NCBI GenBank assembly: GCA_903908245.1
Contig: CAIVRE010000006.1
Coordinates: forward strand, 85,951-149,950
DNA length: 64,000 nucleotides
Direction of reading: 5' to 3'
Source of the DNA: Candidatus Omnitrophota bacterium
GTDB taxonomy: Bacteria > Omnitrophota > Gorgyraeia > Zapsychrales > Fredricksoniimonadaceae
Position 1 is the first letter of the stretch; every line of letters begins with the position of its first letter. The notes below the pieces were generated by a model that saw only the letters and a program-made list of their open reading frames with translations, searched no databases and was not told the DNA's origin. This document shows positions 56,613-64,000 of this stretch, piece after piece. Made by a program: the position numbers and the translations under genes.

Positions 56613-57068
56613 TTATTTGTCGGACACCCTGCCGTAAGACGCAATAGAGGCGTGGATATACTCTTCCGGCAACCCGCAATCACGAGCCCCCTGGATTATC
56701 TGGCCAAGATATTCATGCGAAGGCATTCCATCGACCAAAGGCTCATGGGAATAAACAAATGCCCTGACACGCTCCTGAATACCCGGCCTTCGGATATCCA
56801 TCAAAGAACGGCTGGAACGGTGCGGATAATCATGGTCATTATCCAGGATCTTCAAATGCTCCTCCGTGATCTCAAAGATCCCGCCGCAGACCGCATCATC
56901 ATATGAACGCTCAAGGTTGACGATCGCGCCACGGGTATCCGGGCTGAACCCGTCGAAGATCAGCATGTAGCCTGAAAGCTCCCCCTCCCCGACGAATTTA
57001 ACCCCGGGGCAAAGGTTGAACAAAAAGGCATGATTCATGTTCGGCCCGTAAGCAAAAAAATACATATG
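56613..57068 (-). CDS. Gamma-glutamyl cyclotransferase-like (AIG2/GGCT fold) protein. The start is set at MYFFAYGPNMN; the track ORF to 57227 would overlap apbE.
   Basis: YFFAYGPNMN resembles the GGCT signature YFAYGSNL. Confidence 0.55.
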   Translation of the reverse strand, partial: HMYFFAYGPNMNHAFLFNLCPGVKFVGEGELSGYMLIFDGFSPDTRGAIVNLERSYDDAVCGGIFEITEEHLKILDNDHDYPHRSSRSLMDIRRPGIQERVRAFVYSHEPLVDGMPSHEYLGQIIQGARDCGLPEEYIHASIASYGRVSDK

Positions 57069-57111
57069 ACCCCTCTCTGTCAACACTCCGATTCTACCAC
57101 TGATCACGCCC

Positions 57112-58161
57112 TCACGGCGCAAGATATCGCTTGTAATTACGGCTTTGTTTCTTGTCCATCCGCCCCTTCCCGCCATCAACCAGCACCATGCTGGCATAGC
57201 CTGATCCAAAGGCATCAATAAGCGCAATGCCTTTGTCAGGGTCGATCAGGCACAATGCCGTTGACCAAAAATCCGATAATTCCGTGCTCGGCGCGATGAC
57301 CGTCACGCTCACGATCTCGTTGCGCGGAAAACCCGTCCTGGGGCTGATGATATGTGAATATCTTTTGTTACCGATCGTGTAAAAATGCTCATAATTCCCG
57401 GAAGTCGTGACCGACAGATCGCGCAATGCCAGCACATCAACGAGCCCGAGCCCGGAGGGGTCCTGCGGATCCTTGATACCAACGTGCCAGGGCCGGCCCT
57501 CGCAATTATTCCCCCCGGCATAAAGCTCGCCGGTCGTATCCGTCAGGAAATTCGTGAACCCGTGCGCGCGCAGGATCTGCGCGGCCTCGTCACTGGCGTA
57601 TCCGTCGGCAATGCTGTCGATGGTAAGCCTGGTCCCCGGGCTCAACAGGCGCACCTGATCCCTGGGCAACAATTCGAATTTGTCCATGCCAATGGATCGT
57701 TGGACCGTACGGATCTCTTCCGCTGTAGGCAAAGCCCCTCTTTTTTCACTTTCTTTCCACAGCCTCAGCATCGGATAGATCGTGATATCGAATTCATGCA
57801 GGGATATCTGGTTATAATAAATGGAATCCTTGATGATCATCCAGGTATCCGCGCCTACAGTGACAGGGTCCGGATAAGAACGATTGATGCGGTTCATATC
57901 ACTTTGAGGATCGTGAACACCCAGGCGCCAGTGAATGTCTGCCAGACGGGCCCATATCTCATCGACCGCCTGGTTTAACGCTTCCTCCTGCCCCGAAGCG
58001 TAACAGACATCGAGGCGCACGACGCTGCTGAAGAACTCGCCTGTTTTGGTGAACTTCTTGAGCGGCGCCTGCCCGGGGTTGGAACACCCCGATACAGCCA
58101 ATAAAAATGTCATGAAAAACAGAAAACGTCTACTAATCATAAGAAGAACCGGATAAAACAT
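57112..58161 (-). CDS. apbE: FAD:protein FMN transferase (ApbE family lipoprotein). It is the flavinylation factor for NqrB/NqrC.
   Basis: A signal peptide with a lipobox (LLAVSGCS) is present. The ApbE family pattern is present. It is located directly downstream of the nqr operon. Confidence 0.8.
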   Translation of the reverse strand: MFYPVLLMISRRFLFFMTFLLAVSGCSNPGQAPLKKFTKTGEFFSSVVRLDVCYASGQEEALNQAVDEIWARLADIHWRLGVHDPQSDMNRINRSYPDPVTVGADTWMIIKDSIYYNQISLHEFDITIYPMLRLWKESEKRGALPTAEEIRTVQRSIGMDKFELLPRDQVRLLSPGTRLTIDSIADGYASDEAAQILRAHGFTNFLTDTTGELYAGGNNCEGRPWHVGIKDPQDPSGLGLVDVLALRDLSVTTSGNYEHFYTIGNKRYSHIISPRTGFPRNEIVSVTVIAPSTELSDFWSTALCLIDPDKGIALIDAFGSGYASMVLVDGGKGRMDKKQSRNYKRYLAP

Positions 58162-58180
58162 TCATTGCTGTTTAACATAC

Positions 58181-58384
58181 TTGGATTATACTTTTTTTAT
58201 GACATTCCTGGGAACATTAATTGTATTCATGGCTTTTTTCGCCCTGGTCGGAATTGGTGTATTCCTAACCAAGAAAACCTTCGAGGGCTGCGCCTGCAAG
58301 AACACAATGAACGACCTTTCCTGCTGTAAAAAAGAAACCTGCACCGAAGACTGTGCCGCCCCGGACGAAACAAAAAACAATTAA
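58181..58384 (+). CDS. Small single-TM Cys-rich protein, a possible NqrM-like (DUF539) Na+-NQR maturation factor.
   Basis: It is 67 aa with a TM helix (FFMTFLGTLIVFMAFFALVGIGVFL) followed by CAC...CC...C..C. It is convergent with nqrF. Confidence 0.35.
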   Translation: MDYTFFMTFLGTLIVFMAFFALVGIGVFLTKKTFEGCACKNTMNDLSCCKKETCTEDCAAPDETKNN

Positions 58385-58441
58385 TGCGTAAAACGTAAGC
58401 GAACGGGTGACGCCGTAGGCGGGTACCCTGTTTTCATGCAC

Positions 58442-58492
58442 GGGACATATTGAATTTCTTTGAATTCCAGCTCAGGAAATTCTATGTGTCCC
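58442..58492. terminator. Imperfect 17-bp inverted repeat between the convergent nqrF and the NqrM-like ORF. It is a possible bidirectional terminator.
   Basis: gggacatattgaatttc ...17-nt loop... gaaattctatgtgtccc, with 2 mismatches. Confidence 0.3.
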
Positions 58493-58500
58493 GACCCGCA

Positions 58501-59733
58501 TCAACCGAAACTGTCGAACGCGATCATTTTCTTGGGAACACCCAGGGAATCAAGCATTTGAGTGACCGCCGCGATCATCATGGGCGGGCCGCACAGGTAA
58601 TACTCACATTCCTCGGGCTCGGGATGGTCCTTCAAATAATTCTCATAAAGGGCATTATGGATAAAACCGGTCATCCCCGTCCACTTGTCTTCCGGTAAAG
58701 CATCCGACAAGGCCACATTATATTTAAAATTCGGGAACTGCTTTTCAATATTGACAAAATCCTCGGTGTAGAACATTTCGCGCCTTGAACGCGCGCCGTA
58801 CCAGAAGCTCACCTTGCGGGTGGTCTTCATCGTATGGAACAAATGGAACAGATGGCTCCTCATTGGGGCCATGCCCGCACCGCCGCCGATATAGATCATC
58901 TCCCGGCTGCTGTTCTCCTTGATAAAAAACTCGCCGTAAGGCCCGCTGATGGTCACTTTATCGCCGGCCTTTAAATTAAAAATAAAAGACGACGACTTCC
59001 CCGGCGGCAGGCTCATTTTGTTGGGCGGCGGGGTCGCAATACGCACATTAAGCATGACAATATCGCCTTCCGCCGGATGACTCGCCATGGAATACGCGCG
59101 AAAGATCGCGTCTTCATTCCTGCTCTTAAGGCCCCACAGCTTGAATTTATCCCAATCCGGGCGAAACCGTTCGGGAATGATAAAGTCCTTGAAAAAAATA
59201 TTATACCTCGGGATATCGATCTGAATATAACCGCCGGCTTTAAAATTAAGCGCCTGGCCTGCAGGGAGCTCGAGCACCAGCTCTTTGATGAACGTCGCCA
59301 CGCTGTTATTGGAACGCACGATACAATCGAACTTTTTAATATTAAAAACCTCTTCCGGGACATGAACGCTGATATCGCCCCGGATCTTCACCTGGCACGC
59401 CAGCCGATAATGGGTTTTCTTCTGCTCACGGGTTAAATGGCCGACCTCGGTCAACAGCGGCTCCCCGCCGCCCTTTGGGACCTGGCATTTGCACAACCCG
59501 CATTTCCCTTCCCCGCCGCAAGCCGCAGGAAGATAAATATTCGCGGCCCCGAGCACCTTTAAAAGATTATCCCCCGTGGAAACCCGGATAGGCTTGGGCG
59601 AATCATTGAGGGTCAGGTCGCAGGGGCCCGGCTTCACAACGGTCGCTTCAAAAAGGGAAAGCAATGCCACCAGGAAAAGAATAATGCCGGTAAAAACAGC
59701 CATGCAGATCAAGACAAATAAAAAAAAAGGCAT
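58501..59733 (-). CDS. nqrF: Na+-translocating NADH-quinone reductase subunit F.
   Basis: An N-terminal TM segment is present. The 2Fe-2S ferredoxin Cys motif is [12 protein letters not shown]. The FAD/NAD-binding domain has RAYSMAS. Confidence 0.9.
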   Translation of the reverse strand: MPFFLFVLICMAVFTGIILFLVALLSLFEATVVKPGPCDLTLNDSPKPIRVSTGDNLLKVLGAANIYLPAACGGEGKCGLCKCQVPKGGGEPLLTEVGHLTREQKKTHYRLACQVKIRGDISVHVPEEVFNIKKFDCIVRSNNSVATFIKELVLELPAGQALNFKAGGYIQIDIPRYNIFFKDFIIPERFRPDWDKFKLWGLKSRNEDAIFRAYSMASHPAEGDIVMLNVRIATPPPNKMSLPPGKSSSFIFNLKAGDKVTISGPYGEFFIKENSSREMIYIGGGAGMAPMRSHLFHLFHTMKTTRKVSFWYGARSRREMFYTEDFVNIEKQFPNFKYNVALSDALPEDKWTGMTGFIHNALYENYLKDHPEPEECEYYLCGPPMMIAAVTQMLDSLGVPKKMIAFDSFG

Positions 59734-59765
59734 AAGATCCGTCTATTCCGCGTTAATATTGCCGA

Positions 59766-60374
59766 TCAAAGGCTTATCCCCGAGAAACACATGAAACCGA
59801 TCGCCATGAGCCCGGTAATGATCATGGCGATCCCCCCGCCCCTGAGCGATCCGGGAATATTGGAGTACCCAAGGCGTTTGCGAATGGTCGCCAGCGCCAC
59901 AATGGCCAGCGCCCAGCCGGTACCGGAGCCGAATCCCCACACCAGCGATTCGGTCAACGTATACTCCCGCTGGTCCATGAAGAACGCCGCGCCAAGGATA
60001 GCGCAATTCACAACGATGAGCGGCAGAAAGATCCCCAGCTTGTTATACAAAGGCGGACTGAATTTCTCAATGATCATCTCGGTCAGCTGATTGACCGCCG
60101 CGATAACCGCAATGAACGTAATGAAGATCAGGAATGAAAGGTCAAGCCCCGGCAACCCCGCCCAGGCCATGCCCCCCTTGCGAAGGAAAAAATGCTTGAC
60201 CACCCAGCAGGCCGGTGTACAGACCGTAGAAATAAAAATGACCGCCGCGCCCATGCCGATCGCCGAGTCCGTCCTTTTCGAACATCCCAGGAAAGAACAC
60301 ATGCCCAGGAAATAGACCAGAAGGATATTCTCAATAAAAATGCTCTTGACCAGAAGGTTCACATAATAGATCAT
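59766..60374 (-). CDS. nqrE: Na+-NQR subunit E. The start is set at MIYYVNLLVKSIFIENI; the track ORF extends to 60437.
   Basis: LVKSIFIENILLVYFLGMCSFL matches the NqrE N-terminus. Confidence 0.85.
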   Translation of the reverse strand: MIYYVNLLVKSIFIENILLVYFLGMCSFLGCSKRTDSAIGMGAAVIFISTVCTPACWVVKHFFLRKGGMAWAGLPGLDLSFLIFITFIAVIAAVNQLTEMIIEKFSPPLYNKLGIFLPLIVVNCAILGAAFFMDQREYTLTESLVWGFGSGTGWALAIVALATIRKRLGYSNIPGSLRGGGIAMIITGLMAIGFMCFSGISL

Positions 60375-60375
60375 T

Positions 60376-61044
60376 TTATTTGCCCTCGACGTATTTAGCG
60401 ATCGTGCGATGGCCCCAGATGAGCAAGCCAAGGACAAAGAACGCGCCGGGCGAAAGAAGCATCAGTCCGTTATTGGAATACCCGTGATCGTAGAAATATC
60501 GCGGCAGGACATGAAAACCCAGCAAGGTCCCTGACCCGAGGACCTCCCGAAGCGACGACACCGCGGTCAGGGCCAAACCGTAACCCATGGCATTGCCTAT
60601 TCCATCAAGGAACGACTTCCACGGAGGGTTATGCATCGCAAAACCTTCCAGACGCGCGACAACCAGCGTATTGGTGATGATCAGCCCGATAAAAACAGTC
60701 AGCTGTTTCCAGATCGAATAAAAGTACGCCTTAAGGACAAGGTCCAGCGTAATAACAAAAGCCGATACCACGGACATCATGACAATGATACGGATCCTGG
60801 CGGGAATATGATTCCGGAGCGCGGCAATGATCGCCTCTGAAAAACCCTGAACAAATATCAGGCCAAGCGACATGACCAGCGCCGTTTTAACACTGGTCGT
60901 CACCGCCAACGCCGAGCAAATACCCATCACCTGATAAGTGATAGGATTGTTGTCCCAGAGGCCATCCTTGAATATCTTCTGATTGGCCCGGCCGAACAGG
61001 ACTTCCTTCACTGCAGGGGTCTTTTGAGCCGCTGGATCGGACAT
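60376..61044 (-). CDS. nqrD: Na+-NQR subunit D.
   Basis: It is a polytopic protein of ~220 aa in the NqrD/RnfE family. It is in nqr gene order. Confidence 0.85.
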   Translation of the reverse strand: MSDPAAQKTPAVKEVLFGRANQKIFKDGLWDNNPITYQVMGICSALAVTTSVKTALVMSLGLIFVQGFSEAIIAALRNHIPARIRIIVMMSVVSAFVITLDLVLKAYFYSIWKQLTVFIGLIITNTLVVARLEGFAMHNPPWKSFLDGIGNAMGYGLALTAVSSLREVLGSGTLLGFHVLPRYFYDHGYSNNGLMLLSPGAFFVLGLLIWGHRTIAKYVEGK

Positions 61045-61056
61045 AAAGCTTGACCT

Positions 61057-61770
61057 TTACATTTTCCTTAATTTACTGAAGAAGGGCTCGTACGTTCTGA
61101 CCCAATGATCCAGCAGGGCCGTTACACCTTTGCCGGTAAGTGTTGCCGCCGTGATCCCGTCGACATAATGATCAGCCCGCTCATCCTCGTAGAAATCCTT
61201 CACCTTACCCTTGACGAGCGCGATCGGCGACACCCTGTGCTCTTTTTCCGACCAGATCTTCTTGCCCTTGAAATTATCCTGGAACCAGTCTTTCTCTATT
61301 TCCGCGCCAAGGCCGGGAGTCTCGCCTTCTTTATAAAATGTAATGCCCCGCACCGTTATCGCGTCGGGTTCAATGGCCAGATAACCGTAAAGAACAGACC
61401 AAAGGCCAAACCCGGAGATCGGATAAGCATAAGAAATGACCTTGCCGCCCTCTTTGTATATATAAAGCGGATAAAGGCCTTTCATCCCGTCTTTAATATC
61501 CAGAGGCTTCCTGGCCGGGACCACATTGCCCTGAGCATCAATGACCAATTCCTCGATCTTTTCCTTGTAGATCCTCAAATATTCCTCATTCTTCAGGTTA
61601 TCCGCCAACGGCTCTTTCAGGCCAACAGCCTTGAGGATATTACGCTTCACTTCCGCATCGGCGTTCATCTCGATCCTCGGGCGCAAGCCTTCGTAAAAAG
61701 ACGAAAGCATGACACTGCAGACAATGCAGACGATGAACGCAAAAATAAAAGTTTCCTTATAACCTTTCAA
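61057..61770 (-). CDS. nqrC: Na+-NQR subunit C (FMN-binding).
   Basis: An N-terminal TM segment is present. The FMN-binding domain has ITAATLTGKG. It is in nqr gene order. Confidence 0.8.
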   Translation of the reverse strand: MKGYKETFIFAFIVCIVCSVMLSSFYEGLRPRIEMNADAEVKRNILKAVGLKEPLADNLKNEEYLRIYKEKIEELVIDAQGNVVPARKPLDIKDGMKGLYPLYIYKEGGKVISYAYPISGFGLWSVLYGYLAIEPDAITVRGITFYKEGETPGLGAEIEKDWFQDNFKGKKIWSEKEHRVSPIALVKGKVKDFYEDERADHYVDGITAATLTGKGVTALLDHWVRTYEPFFSKLRKM

Positions 61771-61812
61771 TCGAAGGACCTTTCTTTAAGCTCTGCCGCT
61801 AAACCTTGCGAT

Positions 61813-61835
61813 CCCTCACTTCGTTCGGGATGACG
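61813..61835. repeat. Second copy of the 23-nt element ccctcacttcgttcgggatgacg, in the nqrC-nqrB intergenic spacer.
   Basis: It is identical to 52982-53004. Confidence 0.6.
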
Positions 61836-63003
61836 ACAGCGCTTTATTCCGTTTATTACGGCTGCTGATATGGCTCATCATCACGCCATAATCAATGCTC
61901 GAAGCAAAAACATTCATGAACAGGATCGAGAGCATCACGCCTTCCGGATACGCCGGATTCGCCACACGGACGATCACCGTAATGACCCCGATCATGAACC
62001 CGTAGATCCAGGCCCCCAGCCTTGTAGCCGGAGCGGAGACCGGGTCGGTCGCCATAAAGACCGCGCCGAAAGCAAACCCGCCCAAAACATAATGCCAATA
62101 GACCGGCAGCGCGAAATACGCCGGTTGATCCGGCCCATTGAACAACGCAAATATTGTCGCCATCGTGAAAACACCCGCCACGCAGGAAACAACGATCTTC
62201 CAGTTCGCGACACGGGTGATCAAAAGGAACGCCAGCCCCAACAGGCATGCGAAAGTGGACGTCTCCCCGATCGAACCGGGACGAAGCCCCCAGAACAAAT
62301 TCTGGAATGTATACCCGGCAGTAGCAAGTGCCTGCACAGGATCAACCCCATGCGCCGCCTGCGACACAACGCCCAGCGGAGTGGCATGAGTGTACCCGTC
62401 CACCGCCACCCACACCTTGGCCCCGGACATCTGCGAAGGATACGCAAAGAACACGCACGCACGCGCCAGCAATGCCGGATTGAACACATTAAATCCCGTA
62501 CCGCCGAACACCTCTTTGCCCATGACCACGCCGAACGAGATCCCCACCGCCACCATCCACAAGGGGATCGTCGGCGGGAGGACCAGCGGGAACAACAAGC
62601 CCGTGACCAGAAGCCCCTCATTGATCTCGTGCTTTCGAACAACAGCGAATAACACTTCCCAGAACCCGCCCACCGCGTAAGAAACAGCGATGATCGGCAG
62701 GACTTTGCCGGCCCCCAGGCTCACACATGTCCAAAGATCGGGTGCGAGCCGCTGCGCCAGGAGCATCTGATATCCGGTATTATAGATCCCCATCAGCGTG
62801 GCCGGAATAAGCGCAATGATCACAAAGACCATCATGCGCTTAAGGTCCACCGAATCACGGACATGCGGCGCTTTACGGGTCACCTTGCCCGGAGTAAGCA
62901 CAAAAGTATCTATCGCCTCATAAAGAGGATACAGTTTTTCCAGCGGGCCCTTCTTCTGAAAAGGCGCACCGGAAACCTGCAGGATCTTTTTCACCCATTC
63001 CAT
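61816..63003 (-). CDS. nqrB: Na+-NQR subunit B.
   Basis: It is a polytopic protein in the NqrB/RnfD family. Confidence 0.85.
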   Translation of the reverse strand: MEWVKKILQVSGAPFQKKGPLEKLYPLYEAIDTFVLTPGKVTRKAPHVRDSVDLKRMMVFVIIALIPATLMGIYNTGYQMLLAQRLAPDLWTCVSLGAGKVLPIIAVSYAVGGFWEVLFAVVRKHEINEGLLVTGLLFPLVLPPTIPLWMVAVGISFGVVMGKEVFGGTGFNVFNPALLARACVFFAYPSQMSGAKVWVAVDGYTHATPLGVVSQAAHGVDPVQALATAGYTFQNLFWGLRPGSIGETSTFACLLGLAFLLITRVANWKIVVSCVAGVFTMATIFALFNGPDQPAYFALPVYWHYVLGGFAFGAVFMATDPVSAPATRLGAWIYGFMIGVITVIVRVANPAYPEGVMLSILFMNVFASSIDYGVMMSHISSRNKRNKALSSSRTK

Positions 63004-63008
63004 AACAT

Positions 63009-64000
63009 TCAGCCTTCTGCTTCCACCAGGTCAAGCCCCTGGCGGATATACCCACCCACGTCCGTCTTTGAAGGACAAGCGAAAGAACACAACGCAAAAT
63101 CTTCCTCATCGCATTCCAGTATCCCCAAACTTATCATCTCTTCAATATCCCCGACGATAATGGCCCGCACCAGAAAGAACGTAATAAGGTCAAGGGGGAC
63201 ATAATCATCATAAAGGGAAGTCCAGACAATGGCACGATGGCTGCCATGCGTATCCGTATCAAGGGTATTCTCCTGCCGCGGAAAGAACGAAGACAGATAA
63301 GTATTCGTGAATGTATATTTGTTAAGCCCCGGCGCCATCCATCCCAGGAGCTCCCTTTTCCCGCCTTCAGGCAACACCGTGACCTGGCTATCGTAAAACC
63401 CGAGGAACCCGTCTTTGCCGACATTGCGGCCAGTAAGGATACTTCCGGAAATACACCGTTGGCCTTGCAGGTCACTGCCCTGCAGAAGAACCGACACCGG
63501 AACGCCGGCTATGGTCCTGAAATATACGCGGTTCTTGACGCCTTCTCCCGTAACAGCAATAACCCTCTCTGCCGAATGGACCCCCTGCAGGAACAATGTC
63601 GCGATCCGGAGCACATCCTGAACCTCAACATACCAGACGATCTCACCTTTATTGACCGGATCGACACAATGAATATGCGTGCTCACATTCCCCGCAGGAT
63701 GCGCGCCTGAGAAACGCTGGATCTCAACCCCTTTGGCCCGAGTCAATGCCGACGACCTGGCTTTCGCATCAATGCACAGATGCGTCTTGCCATCGGTGAG
63801 TTTACGGATAATATCCAGCCCGGCCTGAAGATCAGCCTGACGGCCGTCCAGAACAAGATCAATATCCGCCGCCAAAGGCTCCGTATTCATGGCATGGATA
63901 AAAATGGATTTGGGAGTAACGCGGGGATCCGCGATCTTTGAGAACGGGCGCTGGCGCAGGCAAGGCCAAAGGCCGCCGGCCAAAAGCTGTCCGGTGATCT
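63009..64000 (-). CDS. nqrA: Na+-NQR subunit A, 3' part only. Its N-terminus lies beyond the right window edge.
   Basis: It is of the NqrA family. The ORF stays open to the window edge. Confidence 0.8.
   Translation of the reverse strand, partial: ITGQLLAGGLWPCLRQRPFSKIADPRVTPKSIFIHAMNTEPLAADIDLVLDGRQADLQAGLDIIRKLTDGKTHLCIDAKARSSALTRAKGVEIQRFSGAHPAGNVSTHIHCVDPVNKGEIVWYVEVQDVLRIATLFLQGVHSAERVIAVTGEGVKNRVYFRTIAGVPVSVLLQGSDLQGQRCISGSILTGRNVGKDGFLGFYDSQVTVLPEGGKRELLGWMAPGLNKYTFTNTYLSSFFPRQENTLDTDTHGSHRAIVWTSLYDDYVPLDLITFFLVRAIIVGDIEEMISLGILECDEEDFALCSFACPSKTDVGGYIRQGLDLVEAEG

Noticed and set aside
56613-57227. Full 204-aa ORF for the GGCT-like protein.
   Set aside because: The first 53 codons would overlap apbE by 115 nt. 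The conserved YFFAYGPNMN motif begins at the internal Met, so the shorter model (56613-57068) was used.
58186-58380. 64-aa minus-strand ORF co-directional with nqrF and apbE.
   Set aside because: It overlaps the plus-strand single-TM Cys-rich ORF. The minus-strand product is basic and low-complexity with no TM segment. The plus-strand reading gives a coherent small membrane protein, so that one was kept at low confidence.
1-64000. Scan for CRISPR arrays, IS elements/transposases, integrases, and phage or conjugation genes.
   Set aside because: No regularly spaced direct repeats with spacers were seen. No ORF has a transposase DDE/HTH or tyrosine-recombinase pattern. The rSAM locus therefore looks chromosomally embedded rather than obviously mobile, at least within this window.

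Overview
This 64 kb window comes from a ~58 % GC bacterial chromosome (not a plasmid or phage) with dense, mostly minus-strand coding. Hcp, rubrerythrin, many radical SAM enzymes and Na+-NQR suggest an anaerobe or microaerophile, possibly PVC/Omnitrophota-like, though that is only a guess from content. The window falls into four parts.

(i) 1-23.2 kb is an extraordinary radical-SAM (rSAM) locus that runs off the left edge. It holds at least 13 rSAM genes in three paralogous classes: 5 B12-binding (class-B-like), 3 HemN-like (class-C-like) and 5 SPASM/twitch-type (anSME-like). Alongside them are a PaaK-like adenylating enzyme, a ketopantoate-reductase-like oxidoreductase, a PP-loop ATPase, a PNPOx-like flavoprotein, an A24 (prepilin-peptidase-like) membrane protease, a GT-B glycosyltransferase, and an 84-aa peptide whose C-terminus carries His-Xaa-(Ser/Thr/Asn) repeats. 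That peptide sits between a SPASM rSAM and the glycosyltransferase. I read the locus as a candidate novel RiPP-type system resembling the His-Xaa-Ser (Hxs) family, but far more elaborate.

(ii) 23-31 kb holds signalling and stress genes: response regulators, a PilZ protein, a ferredoxin-Hcp pair with an Rrf2 regulator, a histidine kinase/response regulator pair and a solute-binding protein.

(iii) 31-46 kb is housekeeping: hisI, a PLP decarboxylase with homospermidine synthase, an outer-membrane protein, a DUF318 permease, tRNA-Arg(CCG), rubrerythrin, an ABC-F ATPase, an ECF sigma/anti-sigma-vWA pair, a YgjP-like hydrolase, RluA and an SNF2/SWIM helicase.

(iv) 46.4-53 kb is an operon behind a consensus sigma70 promoter: carrier protein, FkbH-like HAD protein, MaoC-SDR fusion, MBOAT and SGNH-like protein, i.e. 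a carrier-protein-dependent O-acylation system. After it come cysK, a cystathionine lyase with an Rrf2 regulator, a GT2, a GGCT-like gene, apbE, an NqrM-like small ORF and the complete nqrFEDCBA operon (nqrA truncated at the right edge).

Two repeated sequence elements were found. One is a 20-nt palindromic arm that occurs after hcp and again before rubrerythrin. The other is a 23-nt element that occurs after the SGNH gene and again inside the nqr operon. No CRISPR array, IS element or integrase was seen.
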